Source of the DNA: Diplonema japonicum
Lineage: Eukaryota > Protista > Euglenozoa: Diplonemea
Length of the DNA: 64,000 nt
Direction of reading: 5' to 3'
NCBI GenBank assembly: GCA_964019335.1
Contig: OZ025743.1
Span: forward strand, 1 to 64,000
The stretch's first letter is position 1. Every line of letters begins with the position of its first letter. Below, one piece after another: positions 52,562 to 64,000 of the stretch. A program made the position numbers and the translations under genes. The notes under the pieces are model-generated. The model was given only the letters and a program-made list of their open reading frames with translations, did no database searches and was not told the DNA's origin.

Positions 52562-53883
52562 ACACACCTTTCTATCCTTCCTCCCGGCCTGTTCAATCGA
52601 TGGGAGACACGATGCCTGTTGCACATTGCCACCAGCAACCGGCAATGGCTGCTGCTGCTGCTGTGCTGCGGAAGAGCTATGCGTAGATTTCGAACTTTTC
52701 GAATGCTTCGATGGGAGCGAGTCCGGGTATCGCCCGGCAATCTGTAGAATTAAAAATTTCTTTTTCTTTTTTTGCCCCATACCGAATGCCCCAAATGTAA
52801 AGAGGGAAGCAGCGATGCAGAGGAATAATTCTCACCGTGAACAGGAGGGGTGGCCCCCCCGATGCTGTGCGCTTCGTGTGTGGAGGCCGTGTCAGAGTAC
52901 TGCCTATGGGACGCCGTGGACTCCCGTTCCCTTTCCTTCCCTTTTTCTTTTTCCTTTTCTTTTTCCTTTTCGGAGTGTTGTTTGACCTGTGCCCGAAGCT
53001 GCCGGTCCAGCTCCCGAATCTCTTTGAAGTATTGATGGCGAACTGCCTTCTTCGCGGTTATCCTCTCTTCGGGGTTGTACTCCAACAAGGCTGTCATGAT
53101 GTCAACAGCCTCCACAGGAGCATGTGGTAATAATTCCGCGAATGGTATCCGCTCCTCTTGCGGGAATTCTGTATTGGCTTGCTGGCTGCTGTTCTGCCGC
53201 AGCTTGTCAAGCAACGCCGTAGAAGGCGTCCCAAGCACCTTGTGGATTTTGTAGAGCTGATCGACTTCATTGGTCCCGGGAAACAATGGGTAAAGGGAGA
53301 CGATCTCGAAGAAAACACATCCCACACCCCACAGATCCATTTTGTAGCTGTAGAATCCATCTGTGAGTAAACACTCAGGTGCTCTGTACCATCGTGTTGC
53401 GATGTACTCGGTGAAAGGCTGCTTGGAGTACACGCCTCGGCAGGACCCGAAGTCCGCGAGCTTCAAAGTGTCACCGCTTATCAGAACGTTTTCCGGTTTT
53501 ATATCTCTGTGAAAAATGCCGTTTCTGTGCATGTGTTCTACAGCTCGGAGGAGTTGATACATGATGTGGAGTACCTTGTCGTCCGGGAGGTACTGTTTTC
53601 TGCCTTTTATCAGTTCGTAGAGGTCCATCTCCATGAGCTCGAAGACCAAGGCGAGCCTCCCTGTGCTTCTGTCGTAAAGTACCTCGAAAAGCTTGATCAC
53701 GTTAGCGTGTGGGGACAGCCTTCTTAGTGCTTGTATTTCGCGCAGTCGATTCACTTGTTCTACGGACTCGAACTGGCTCTTCATGCATTTTATGGCCACG
53801 CACCGCTCCGTCATTGTACATTGCGCTTTCAACACCGCACTGAAGGTGCCTTCTCCCCGCTTTCCTTGTAGTTTATACTTATG

Positions 53884-53886
<3 letters not shown>
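52452..53886 (-). CDS. MOK/RAGE-like CMGC Ser/Thr kinase; predicted introns 52742-52782 and 52503-52567
   Basis: GEGTFS, VAIK, LREIQALRRLSPH, HRDIKPEN, DFGS, TEY activation loop, TRWYRAPE. Confidence 0.9.
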
Positions 53887-53918
<32 letters not shown>

Positions 53919-54003
53919 CCTCCTCCCACCCCTCTCCCCCTCGCCTTTTTTTCTTTTTCTTTTTTGAGGTGGGGAACACACAAAAAAAAAAAAAAAAAAA
54001 AAA

Positions 54004-54130
54004 GAGTCGGTTGATTGTTGTTTGTGCACAGCCGGGGTTAACCTGTAGAAGGATAAGCCCAGCAATGCCACCACTACTCTTTTTAGCACTAACAATTCAT
54101 TATCAATATATTGCTTTTCTTGTTGATGCA
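54004..54130. repeat. Dispersed ~125-bp intergenic repeat; second copy at 60337-60442 + 62022-62045, split by a transposon
   Basis: gagtcggttgattgttgtttgtgcacagccggggttaacctgtagaaggataagccc is identical in both copies. Confidence 0.9.
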
Positions 54131-54672
54131 AAAAAAAAAAAAGAGAGAGAATAAAAAACACAAAAAAAAAGGAAAGGAATGGTGTTTTCCCCCTTCCCCC
54201 CTGTAAAGGGGGGCGAGGTTTAAAAAAAAAAAGAAATTGGCAGTAGAAAAAGAAACCCCCCCCCCCCCCCCCCGAACCTCCTTTGCTGTTGTGACTCTCA
54301 CTCGCTCTTCTTAGCAACGTTACCACGCAGCTTGAAGTAGTATCGGAAGCGGATGCCCTTTTTGTTTGTGTTGTTTTTTTTTAATTGAACAGAAGAAGAG
54401 GAAAAAAAAAAAAAAAAAAAAAAAAAAACTCGCTATGTAGGACTTCTTCCGCGACAAAACAGAGAACCGGTTTTCTCTCCCTTAACAGGCTTAACAATTC
54501 AACATTAATTTACAAAAAGGTAACCAACTCGACACCGAACCCCAAAGCCCGATGATCGCTAGACGATGGACTCAAGACAGCTTTTCAAAGCTCAAGTCAC
54601 TTTGTAACCAAAGTAACAGTACAAACAACGACAATAAAAAAAAAAAAAAGTATCCTTCTCCCTCCCCCGTAC

Positions 54673-57600
54673 CTTATCTGTAGTGCAACCCACAGTGTGC
54701 GACAAGATGCAACTTCGATTGCTGTTCTCCCAGTTAGATACGTTCTCGTCCTGTGTTAAGAGAATTATTATTATTAATAAATTATAATTTTCTTGTTTTT
54801 GTTTTTGTTTGTGGGTCACACCAAGGACTCAAGACAAGGTGTGAAGCATCCTGGGAGGAAATTCTGCATGATGAGCAACTTTGGCCGGACAATCGCAAGC
54901 ATGAAACCGATTTGCGATTTGCAGAAGGCGCTGTGCTGGGTGAGGATCGTGGGCTCAGTAACGAACGTCTGAGGGATATTTCTGTTCTTCTCCTGCTCGG
55001 ACTGCGAGTTGAACTCCTGGGTGATCTTCTGCCCCCACTTCCTCGCGATGGGGAACGGCTTGAATGCGTTGCTTACATCAGCCGTCACCACCAGCACGCA
55101 CATTAGCTTCAAACGATGCTCAAAACTCTCCTTCTCGTACTCAGGGTGGATCGACGCAAATTCATCAAATATCTCACCATGCCGCGACATATCCGTGGCA
55201 AGGATACAGGTTGTAATGACCTTGTAAATATGTTTGCGGTCTCGCTCCGCACACCCGTCCAGGATGTTTGTCTTGTCCTCCTGAAGCATCTCCATAGAAA
55301 TGGTACAGTGGTGCACCTCAAGAACCGACCTGCTCCCGCTTGCTGAGATTAAAATCCCAAGCGGCGTTTCCGCCTTTAAATGAAACGAATTGTTCAAACC
55401 CATGTGGTCGACGTCGTGCAGGAGGCCGATGAGGATCAAACAAAGCATGTCGACATCAGTGATCATGTCCTTCATATCCGGAGAATGCAAAAAGGTCGAA
55501 AGCGTCTGCATGACATCGAACGCATGGCAAATGTTATGGTAAGGGATGGCACGGTACATATTCCTCAAGGTTGCAAGGAAGAGGTACAGTTTTGATGTAT
55601 TCACGTTGAACTTCTTGATGAGCCCCAGCGAGTCGAACAGATGCACGGTCATCGCCATGAGATAGTCTGGAGTCCCATCATAGTCGTGAATGGGGAATGA
55701 TCTCGTGTGCAGCATGTCAAGATCACTTGTTTTCACTGTAATTTTCATCAATTTCTCAGCTTGTTCTTGCGTGGCGAAGTTGACCTTCTTTGAATGTTCT
55801 TGATTCGTCTGCTGGTTGCTCGTTGTCATGTTGAATAAGTTCAAAGCATCGTTGCCTGCTTCCACCACGAACTTGTACAACCTGGCGTTACCAATCGTAA
55901 TGCCTGCGAAGGATGCGAATAGTTCCAGAAGCTGCTCGTCGGACTTATTAAACGCGACACATCTACCAATCCCGTCTAACTTGTTGATGAGCTGAGCGAC
56001 TGCAATCACCTCCCCGTTGCAGTGTATAGGGTAGCATAGAATCGACTCTGTTCTGTACCCGGTTTGCTTGTCGACCGTTTGGTTGAACCGGTTGTCGTCG
56101 TAAGCCGATTTGATGTTCACATGCTCGCCTGTTTGACCGACAGCACCCGCGATTCCGGAACCAAGCGGGATAACAATTTCAGAACCATCTGCGAGAGATG
56201 CGTGGAGTTCTCCTCTTTCCTCTGCCACGAGGAACAACGCGCATCGGTCTGCTCTGCATAGTGATTTTGCGCCTCCGATAACGGAGTCTGAGACGGATTC
56301 GATGTACCTGATGTCTGATTCCGAAACAGCTTTAACGATGTCGAGGACCATTTCGGTCGTTGCTTGTTCTTTTACCATTTCCCTGTAGTATTTTGCGTTT
56401 CGCAACCCGACGCCTGCGAACCGGACGAAGGAGCCGAGGAGCTCGAAGTCGTCGCCGTCGAAACCCGCACTACCCGATTTGTTGCTTACCAACGCAATCG
56501 CCTGCACCTTCCCCTCGTAGTAAATAGGCATTCCCATTAGGTTCTTGGTTGTATAATCGGTAAGAGAATCAACATTATGGTCAAACCGAGGGTCGTTTTG
56601 CGCGTCTGCCAGCGTGATACCAACTCCAGTAGCGGCAATGTAACCGGCGATGTCGGTGTTGATGGGCATTTGTAGAATGTTCGTTTCTCCGTTTTCATGT
56701 TCGAAGTGTGCGGTGAATTCGTCTCGTTCAGGTGAGACGGTGTAAAGTGTGGCACGCTCTGCACCGACGAGTTCTCTGGCGGAGTTTAGAATACCCGCCG
56801 ACACGTTGGTGTTCATATCGGATTCGCACAGAAAATTCGCAAGATCTTGCATCGCGTTCGACTTCTTCTGTTGAAAAACAGCTTTTTTAAACAGACTTTT
56901 TACCCTGTACACGACACCGATCAACCCGCCCAACGCGGTCAAAACGGTCTTATCATCACACTCGTAGTTGGTCAGCACAAGCGCGCCAATATTTCCATTA
57001 CCAGCAGGGATGGGAACGGACAGAACCTTCTTCGAGGTGTCGGAAAACACTACGGATTCGTCTTCGGTGTAGGCCTGAAGAGCGGTTGTGTATTCTGGAG
57101 CTTCCTTAACAGCTGACGTTATCTGGCGATATCCTTCTGATTTGTGGTCGAGCACCATCGAATCCTCTAGAATCCATGCTTCGCAACGCTCAGCGGTGAA
57201 GAATAATGCGATGTCCTCTAAAACTTTTCTCACGCATTGGAACGTGTTGAAAATCGTTGTGTTTACGGTAACAACCGCGCTTAGAATGTGTCCCGCACGG
57301 TCGCCGAGGCTTTTGCTCGAGAACTTCCCAATGGGGGAGGTTTCCATGGACAGGCTGTCGGATGTGTTGTCCCGGACACCGGTTCCTTTTCTCGGCGGTT
57401 TTCTGGTCGAATCGACTTTTTTGAAGCCTTTCCCACCGTTAACATGCCGAAGGATCTCGTTTTCCGCGTTGCTGGCTGCGATTAAACTATTCATTCCTCC
57501 AAGGCTCAGCGTGCATGATGCTCTGCTGTTTCCAAGGCCCGCTATTGAGGAAACATGTGATCTGACATCGGAAGCAGCTGAATCGGAGTCCATGCACCTG

Positions 57601-57956
57601 TTTTCCTTTTCGTTGTTGATGAGGATGACCTCTGTTTGGGTTCCCGTGTTTCGCATCCTACGCTGGCCGATTTTGAAGGGGATTTTCCGTCTTTCGAGCT
57701 TGTCGATTTTTACGTTTTGGACCATGAGGTGCTCCTCCACCTGCTTCAAGTATTCCGCGTGCATTGTTTGTGCGATCTCTTCCATCGCCGCCCGCTCCCT
57801 TTTGCTGTAGTTCGCATCCTCCTTAGACCTCACGAAATCTAAGATGTCGAAGAGCTTCTCTACAAGAGCTGGTTGTGCCGTTTTCTCTGTGTCATCGGGT
57901 GCCTCGTACCCTTGTTTTTTCCCATCGGTTTTCGCCTTGCTTGCCCCCGAACCCAT
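54673..57956 (-). CDS. Class I cyclic-nucleotide phosphodiesterase with tandem GAF domains (PDEB-like); predicted intron 54751-54821; 3' end uncertain
   Basis: MGSGAS myristoylation site; two GAF domains (D..TGY.T, NK..F...D); YHN..HAFDV, HDVDH.G.NN, LE.HH, ATDM, ADVSN. Splicing restores L|DEN..W. Confidence 0.92.
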
Positions 57957-58118
57957 TTTCCTTTTTTTTTTCTTTTTTTTTTTTTTTTTAAATTATGATT
58001 CTATAATGAACAAGGAGAAAATTTTAATTAAAAAAGAAAAAAAAAAGCTGTTTGCACACACAAGGAGGAAGGAAGTCGGAAAAAAAAAAAAAAAAAGAGA
58101 TAGGAAATAATAAAAAAA

Positions 58119-58151
<33 letters not shown>

Positions 58152-58900
58152 AGGGTATTCATCGTTGTTTTGTATTGTGCCTTTTTTTGGAGAAGTTTTA
58201 TAAACCCGTTAAAACACGCCTGCTAACACGTTTCCATCCCCCTTTTTTTTCTCTTTTTTTTTTCTTTTTTTGCTTAGAAATAATAAGCGGGGAGAGGAAT
58301 GGAGAAGAGTTGGAATATCAAAAGAAAGAAGAAAAGGAAGAGGAGAAGAAGAAGGAAAAAAACCTCCTTTTTCTTCTTCTTCCCTCATTTTTGTGTTCGA
58401 ACTACAGTTAGCCTTTCTTTCTTTTTTTTTTTTCTTCTTTTTTTTATACATAATTATTCCGAAAGCCATTATTGACTTTTTTTTTTTTTTTAAATCCACG
58501 ATGCTTCCTTAGTCTTCATTTTTTTTTTTCAGGACTAGAACGAAAATCAGAAAGAAGTAAAAGAGGTTTTATGTAAGTGGGAATTTATGTAAGTGAAAAA
58601 AAAAAGAAGGGGTAAATAAAAAGAGAGGGATACATTTTTTCTTTTTTTTTCTTGCACATTTCAAAGAACGGGAAAAAAAAAAAAAAAAAAAAAAAGAGAG
58701 AGGGGAACAGACATATGCCGATTTCTAAAAAAAAATCTGAAGGGGCTTATAACCCAAAACAACGCCACTTTTCCCCACTCTCTTTTTCTTTTCTTTTTTC
58801 TTTGAACACAAAAAAAAAAAGAAAAAAAAAAAAAAAAAAAAAAGGAAAAAAAAAAACCATTAGCCGCGTTATCGAATTATGGTTTTTCTTTTTTTTTTTT

Positions 58901-58932
<32 letters not shown>

Positions 58933-58933
<1 letters not shown>

Positions 58934-60087
58934 CAGTACTGGTACCACTTTGGCTTATCAAAGTTCTCCTTCACACTCTTTTCAAAGATGTCGCCATCCA
59001 TCATATCTTCAACAAGATTCCTCCTCTCTATCTCGGACAGCTTATCAATCCCGAACTCCTTATTCTTCACAGAGAAGTCGATCCACTCTATCAACACAGA
59101 CCGCACACTGCTCCCCCCTTTGTACACCCCACGCGCAATCCAGTGCCTTGCATCAGACGGCCACATGTCAGGGTATTTCAACGCCTCAAGCATCTTACTC
59201 TTCGCACCAACAGAAGTAGGAGGAAACACCGTTCTTATAGTGTTAACATTGGGGTCGGGGTTCGGGATGAACACGAGCATCCGGACCTCGCAGGACTGCC
59301 TCAAACAAGCCTGTTGAGTAGTGTTGCTAATTGCAGTGTGGAAACAAAATCTTGTAGGAGATCTAGGATCGGAGTCGTACTGCATAAACAATAAGACTTC
59401 AGAACGAATCATGTTGGGGTAGTACCACCACACGTGGCGGTGCGCAGCACCAGGATCAAGGCTGTACGATTGGGTGGGGGAATTACCCGGTTGGATAAAA
59501 CCGGTTGTCACGAAATCGTCGGGTGCAATAACAGACCTCCCATCACACAATGCCAGGTGGTGGTTTGTAATCGGTGTGTCGCCCACACTCCTCCAAGCAT
59601 TGATGATCATGAACCGACCTTTCTGCTGGCGTGGTGTCGCGCGGTCTGCTATAAAATCCATTGCCGATGCGACAGAATAGTCAGCGTGAGCGTTACGCGC
59701 AGGAGCACGCACTGCACCAGCGAACGAAGTTGAAGTCGACGATCGTGCCGCATGGTGAAACGGGACCACTTCTGCTCCTGGGAAAACCCTGTGAACCGCC
59801 TCTATAACCTCCGGATACGCTGTTTTCTGTACAGCCTCATTATCACCCTTCATATATTTTGACGCAGGTAGGCTGTTCTTGACGTCCTTCACAAGGCAGA
59901 ACCCGCTGGTTGTGATGGAGAAGGGACCCTGTGTTGCTTCCTGTCTGCGTGCATCGTTGACGTTTACGTCAACGTCGTAGAAGGCGGCCGCCATTTCCGC
60001 GTTGCACTCCGCGCTCGGATCGGTTAAGTTCTGCGCCAGGTAGGTGTTCTGGGAACGGGTGTAGACAATCTTGGCGGGGAATGCCAT
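58933..60087 (-). CDS. CmcJ/NvfI (asaB-like) family oxidoreductase
   Basis: GF.LV, FHH..R, AHADYS, RFMIINAWR, LALCD, WWYYPNM..EVLLF.QYDS, HTA, RQSCEVR. Confidence 0.75.
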
Positions 60088-60105
60088 TTTCTTTTTTGTT
60101 TCTTG

Positions 60106-60149
<44 letters not shown>

Positions 60150-60442
60150 CTGAAGCTGCAAAAAAAAAAAAGAAAAAAAAAAAAAAGAAAAAAAAGAAAG
60201 TAGCAAGGGGGGAGGGAGAGAGGGAACGGGTCCCTGATCTGGCATATTTTATGTTGTGCGCACCAGCACCGTTTTTTTTTTTTTTTTTTTTCCCCTTTTC
60301 TTTAAGTAATGCAAGGAGGAAAAAAAAAAAAAAAAAGAGTCGGTTGATTGTTGTTTGTGCACAGCCGGGGTTAACCTGTAGAAGGATAAGCCCAACAATT
60401 GCTACCACTACTGTTTTTAGCAATAACAATTCATTATCAATA

Positions 60443-62021
60443 ATGGGTCGATTTCAAACCCCCCCCCCAAAAAAATGAGGCCAATTGACACTTTCGTTGC
60501 ATCTTTGGGCATGCCGCCCCCTTTAAAAAATTCTCCATATTTCCCGGCCCATATTAGGAAAGAACCCGGGTCAGAAATCGCTCAAGGGTGCTATTTTGAC
60601 CTATGAAAAATTCAGTCTTAGGGTCAAAATCGGGTTTTAGTGGTTTTGGTAAAGTCAGAGATTATGCTTTCAATAGCAAGAAATAGCGAAACTCACTGCT
60701 AGAAGGTGGCTGAAATGATGTTGGAAGTGGAAACCTTCATTTCCTAGTCTTCTGCGGCTGAGATGTGCTGCTGCTGAGTGGGCGACCTCGTTTCTTTTTC
60801 ATACTATTAGGCCTTCTACCGCATTTTGGGGGGGGTTTTAAGAGGCTCATTCATAGGTGTACTTGTGCTTTGGGCTTGTCATGGGGTGGCGAGTATTTTC
60901 GTAATTTGGTTACCATTCTTTCTCGTTTTTCAAGTCCGGGAAGGCTATCAGGAACGTCCTCATACTCATCACAAGATTCATAGACTGGGGGCCTTTTCTC
61001 TGCCCTGTCTGCAGCGAGTTCTTTGATGATGTACTTTAGTTCCTTCTAGCTCGTGGACGCACACGTAGCAAAACACCCTCCGGTGTGCTCCTGAGCTCAT
61101 ATGCACCTGTAAAATCCGGAAACTCAAGAATTTTCTTTTTGTACGGGCCAAAGACATCAGTAACTACATGCACGGCACACTGTATCGTATTGGTGATGTT
61201 AGCTATTTGTTCCACAGTTTTAATTGTTGCGGAACGAGGCACCCAAAACCAAACACGAGAGAGCACACCAAAGTGGCTGTCCCTGTTGTTTTTGCCGTGT
61301 TTCTCCCCCAGAAACCACAGGGAAAACGTCCGATCGGGATATACATAACGAAGACCAAAAAGAACAAAGTAGCAAAATTCCTTTGCACGAAAGTGACGTC
61401 CACCGTCAGTCCAGAGTATCCACTCCATTTTTTTCTTTATTTTTTTCTGTGCCCATGCTACTGTGGAACAAGACTTTTCCAACAGTAAGGCCAGCTGCCC
61501 TTATTTCATCATGTGTGATGTGGTCAAGCCTCATGCCTCTGACCAATTGGCGCCGTGTGGTGTCTTGTTGGCTACTAAATCAACCAGAAAATGATAGCAG
61601 AAGTGCCGCTAGAAGTTCCCCTTTACACACTACGTCACAAACTAGTGCAGCACAGTCGTTGCCACTGAGCTTCTCAAAAACCTCTGTGGCGAGTGTCCTG
61701 ATCGCCGTGGTGTTCCCATTTACCCTTTCTCGGTCCGAATACCATTTTTTTTACCCCTGCTTCTCAACAGCAAGTTTAAAAGCATCCATTTTTGTCACCC
61801 CCTCTTTTACTCAATTTGTGCAAAGTGAAAAAACCCATTTTTGCCCCTAGGATTGAATTTTCTGGGTACTAGTAACACTCACTTTCCCATTTTCTGGGGT
61901 GTTTTCCTGGGCCGGGAAAGTTGTAGAATTTTTTTTCTTTGGGAAAAAGTACTTAGAGAAATATTGAAAGTGTCAATTGGCCTCATTTTGGGGGGGGGGG
62001 GGGGGGTTTTGAAACGATGCC
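60443..62021 (-). mobile_element. Decayed TIR DNA transposon (~1.6 kb)
   Basis: ~100-bp imperfect TIRs (core ATGAGGCCAATTGACACTTTC at both ends); interrupts the dispersed repeat; apparent ATA duplication. Confidence 0.85.
61036..61482 (-). pseudogene. DDD-type transposase fragment (Sola2-like motifs)
   Basis: WTDGGRHF...WFLGEKHGKNNRDSHFG; upstream part frameshifted. Superfamily assignment tentative. Confidence 0.6.
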
Positions 62022-62603
62022 ATATATTGTTTTTCTTGTTCAAGCAAGAAAAAAAAAAAGGAAAAAAAAAAAAAAAACTAAATTTAGCTTTAAAGTTCGC
62101 GTTTTCGCGCTCACCAGCTAGTCCAAAAAAAAGTTATTTGTACCGTCAATTTTTTTCATCCCCCCCCGCGATGGAAGCCCTTATTCTTTTTTATGTTATT
62201 ATTTTACCCAGACTGCAACTCAAACGCACAATTCAAACAGGGTTGTGGGCTATGTGTTTTTTTCTTCTCTTTGTTTCCTTTTTTTTATCTTTCTCTTTTT
62301 TTTCCTCTCGGATGAGGTCTTTCCGGGCCAGGTTGCGCGAAAGCTGTAAAATTGCCATTGTACTAGAAAAAAGAAAGAAGAAGAAATAAAATTAACTCTT
62401 ATGACCAGGGGAAGGGGAAAAAAAAAAAAAAAAAAAGGAGGGAGGGAGGGAGAGAGAGAGAGAGAGAGAGAGAGGGGAGAAAACAAATTATAAATAACCC
62501 CACAAGTTTAAGATTAAAAAAAAAGAAAAAGCAAAAAAAAGTCGAATAATTTGTACTAAATCCTTTTTTTTCTTCTTCTTTTCTTTTTTTTCCCCAGGCT
62601 CAA

Positions 62604-62636
<33 letters not shown>

Positions 62637-62964
62637 AGTCGGTCATGCAAAGCTCCGCACAAGGGCCGCAGGCCCCTAGAAGAAGGGAAGGGGGTATGGT
62701 AGTACTAGGTATCTCAGTTTCGGACTTATCTCACGACTCCTCCAGGTGCTGTCCCCTACAGGCGAGAGGCACCCTTCATTGGCACCTACTAGCGTCCCAG
62801 CAGGTTGGAGAGTACTGTTCCCGACCACGGTCTCCACATTGCACTTAAAAAAAAAAAAAAAAAAAATAATAACTTAGGGGCAAGAATTAAAAAAAGCAAC
62901 CCACAGGTGGGATGGCGGGGGGAGGGGTAAGGGGGCAAGTACTTAAAAAAAAAAAAAAACTTTT

Positions 62965-63957
62965 TTAATTCGGCGAGTCCCCCGCAACTCTGAAACAAGA
63001 CGCAACAAGGCCGTACCTGCCTATCTGGTACTGGTTTCTCGTGTCCCGCGTGAGATCTTTGCAGAACTTATACCCCACAAGCTTCCCACACCGGCACGAC
63101 ACATCAGCCATCAGAAACTTCCCCTGCGCCAACCGCTCCTCCCGCGGCGCCGCCAGGCTCACATTCCCTTCCATTATACTATTCACGTAACAAGCAGGCT
63201 GTGAAGGAGCGGCACAGAAGGACCACCGACGGTGTGTGCAGAGAATCTGATCAGTGCTGCTGAGCACGGCACTGCACTCGACACAGTGTAAGAGGGTTCT
63301 TGGTGCGATGGGATTGTCTGTCACAGGGTTGACACACGTCACGTAGCGAAGGCAGAAGTAAGCTGTTGTGTCCAATGCCACACCAAGAAATAGTTTACAC
63401 CGCTTGCACTCTAGGCTGGACAGGTTGTCGGCGATACAGCTTTTCACCTGAGCCAGCGGCGTCCCTTGTTTTTCCAGCTTTGAGACACCCCCGAACCCGG
63501 AGTAACCCACCACAACTGCACTTTCAAAATCATCGAAACGAACTGTACCCTTTTTGCTGTATGTGCATGTATCTGATCTGGCCAGCCTGTTTCCACAGGA
63601 CGCACAGCATAATACGCTGTGCGGGGCAGTTTTTCTAGCCAGGATGTGGGATGTGGTTGTGTGGGTGGGAGGAGGCGGATATTGTGTGTTTGTATGCTCG
63701 AACAGCATTGATTCTCGTTTTGCGTCTTCTTGTTTCTGAACGTTCCCCAGCCATCTTACCAAGCTTGTGTTTTTCTCTGTTACGCTGGTGCTGCTCACGC
63801 TGCTTCGGGACACCTCTGTTGCGGCTTCGTTGGACCTCCGCACCGAGTTGGCCTCGTCCGCCTGCTGCGGGCGCGGGGCTTGGTTTTGCCCGGCCCCGTC
63901 GTCGGCTGTCTGGTTGTTCGCCCGTTTCTTCCCGGGGCAGCAGCATACCGTACCCAT
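62965..63957 (-). CDS. Protein with tandem Yippee/Mis18-like Zn-binding domains and N-terminal acylation signal
   Basis: MGTVCCC; C..C...L..(n)..C..C...LG and C..C...LS..(n)..ADVSC.CG..VGYKF.....NQYQIGRY. Confidence 0.7.
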   Translation of the reverse strand: MGTVCCCPGKKRANNQTADDGAGQNQAPRPQQADEANSVRRSNEAATEVSRSSVSSTSVTEKNTSLVRWLGNVQKQEDAKRESMLFEHTNTQYPPPPTHTTTSHILARKTAPHSVLCCASCGNRLARSDTCTYSKKGTVRFDDFESAVVVGYSGFGGVSKLEKQGTPLAQVKSCIADNLSSLECKRCKLFLGVALDTTAYFCLRYVTCVNPVTDNPIAPRTLLHCVECSAVLSSTDQILCTHRRWSFCAAPSQPACYVNSIMEGNVSLAAPREERLAQGKFLMADVSCRCGKLVGYKFCKDLTRDTRNQYQIGRYGLVASCFRVAGDSPN

Positions 63958-64000
63958 CCCCTCGCAAAAAAAAATATTAAATTTTTTTTTTTCTTTTTAA

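Overview
Eukaryotic DNA, most consistent with a euglenozoan (diplonemid/kinetoplastid-like). This is inferred from a single-strand gene cluster, 40-71 nt GT-AG introns, homopolymer-rich spacers, a GAF-GAF PDE and Ingi/L1Tc-like LINEs with 2A peptides. Left 28.6 kb: a U2 snRNA gene, then two divergent tRNA genes, Phe-GAA (-) at 2490-2562 and Arg-CCG (+) at 28492-28564. Between them is ~26 kb made almost entirely of head-to-tail non-LTR retroelements: three APE-RT-RNaseH LINE families (here A, B, C) and several SINE-like dependents. All elements left of ~16.3 kb point their 3' tails at tRNA-Phe and all elements to the right point at tRNA-Arg. Several 5' junctions retain copies of the tRNA's own 5' flank, so this looks like a tRNA-5'-flank-targeted retrotransposon system. 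Within it, families B and C carry a PDZ-like insertion in RT, family B has an ORF1-stop-2A in-frame junction, and three non-autonomous elements share a covarying ~190-nt double-pseudoknot RNA. Right 35 kb: a minus-strand gene cluster (ART-ankyrin, PH/PDZ protein, centrin, PA200-like, kringle-like membrane protein, coiled-coil protein, MOK-like kinase, GAF-GAF PDE, CmcJ/NvfI-like oxidoreductase, Yippee-like). It also holds a decayed TIR DNA transposon whose empty site is present in the window. All assignments were made by eye; no searches were run.
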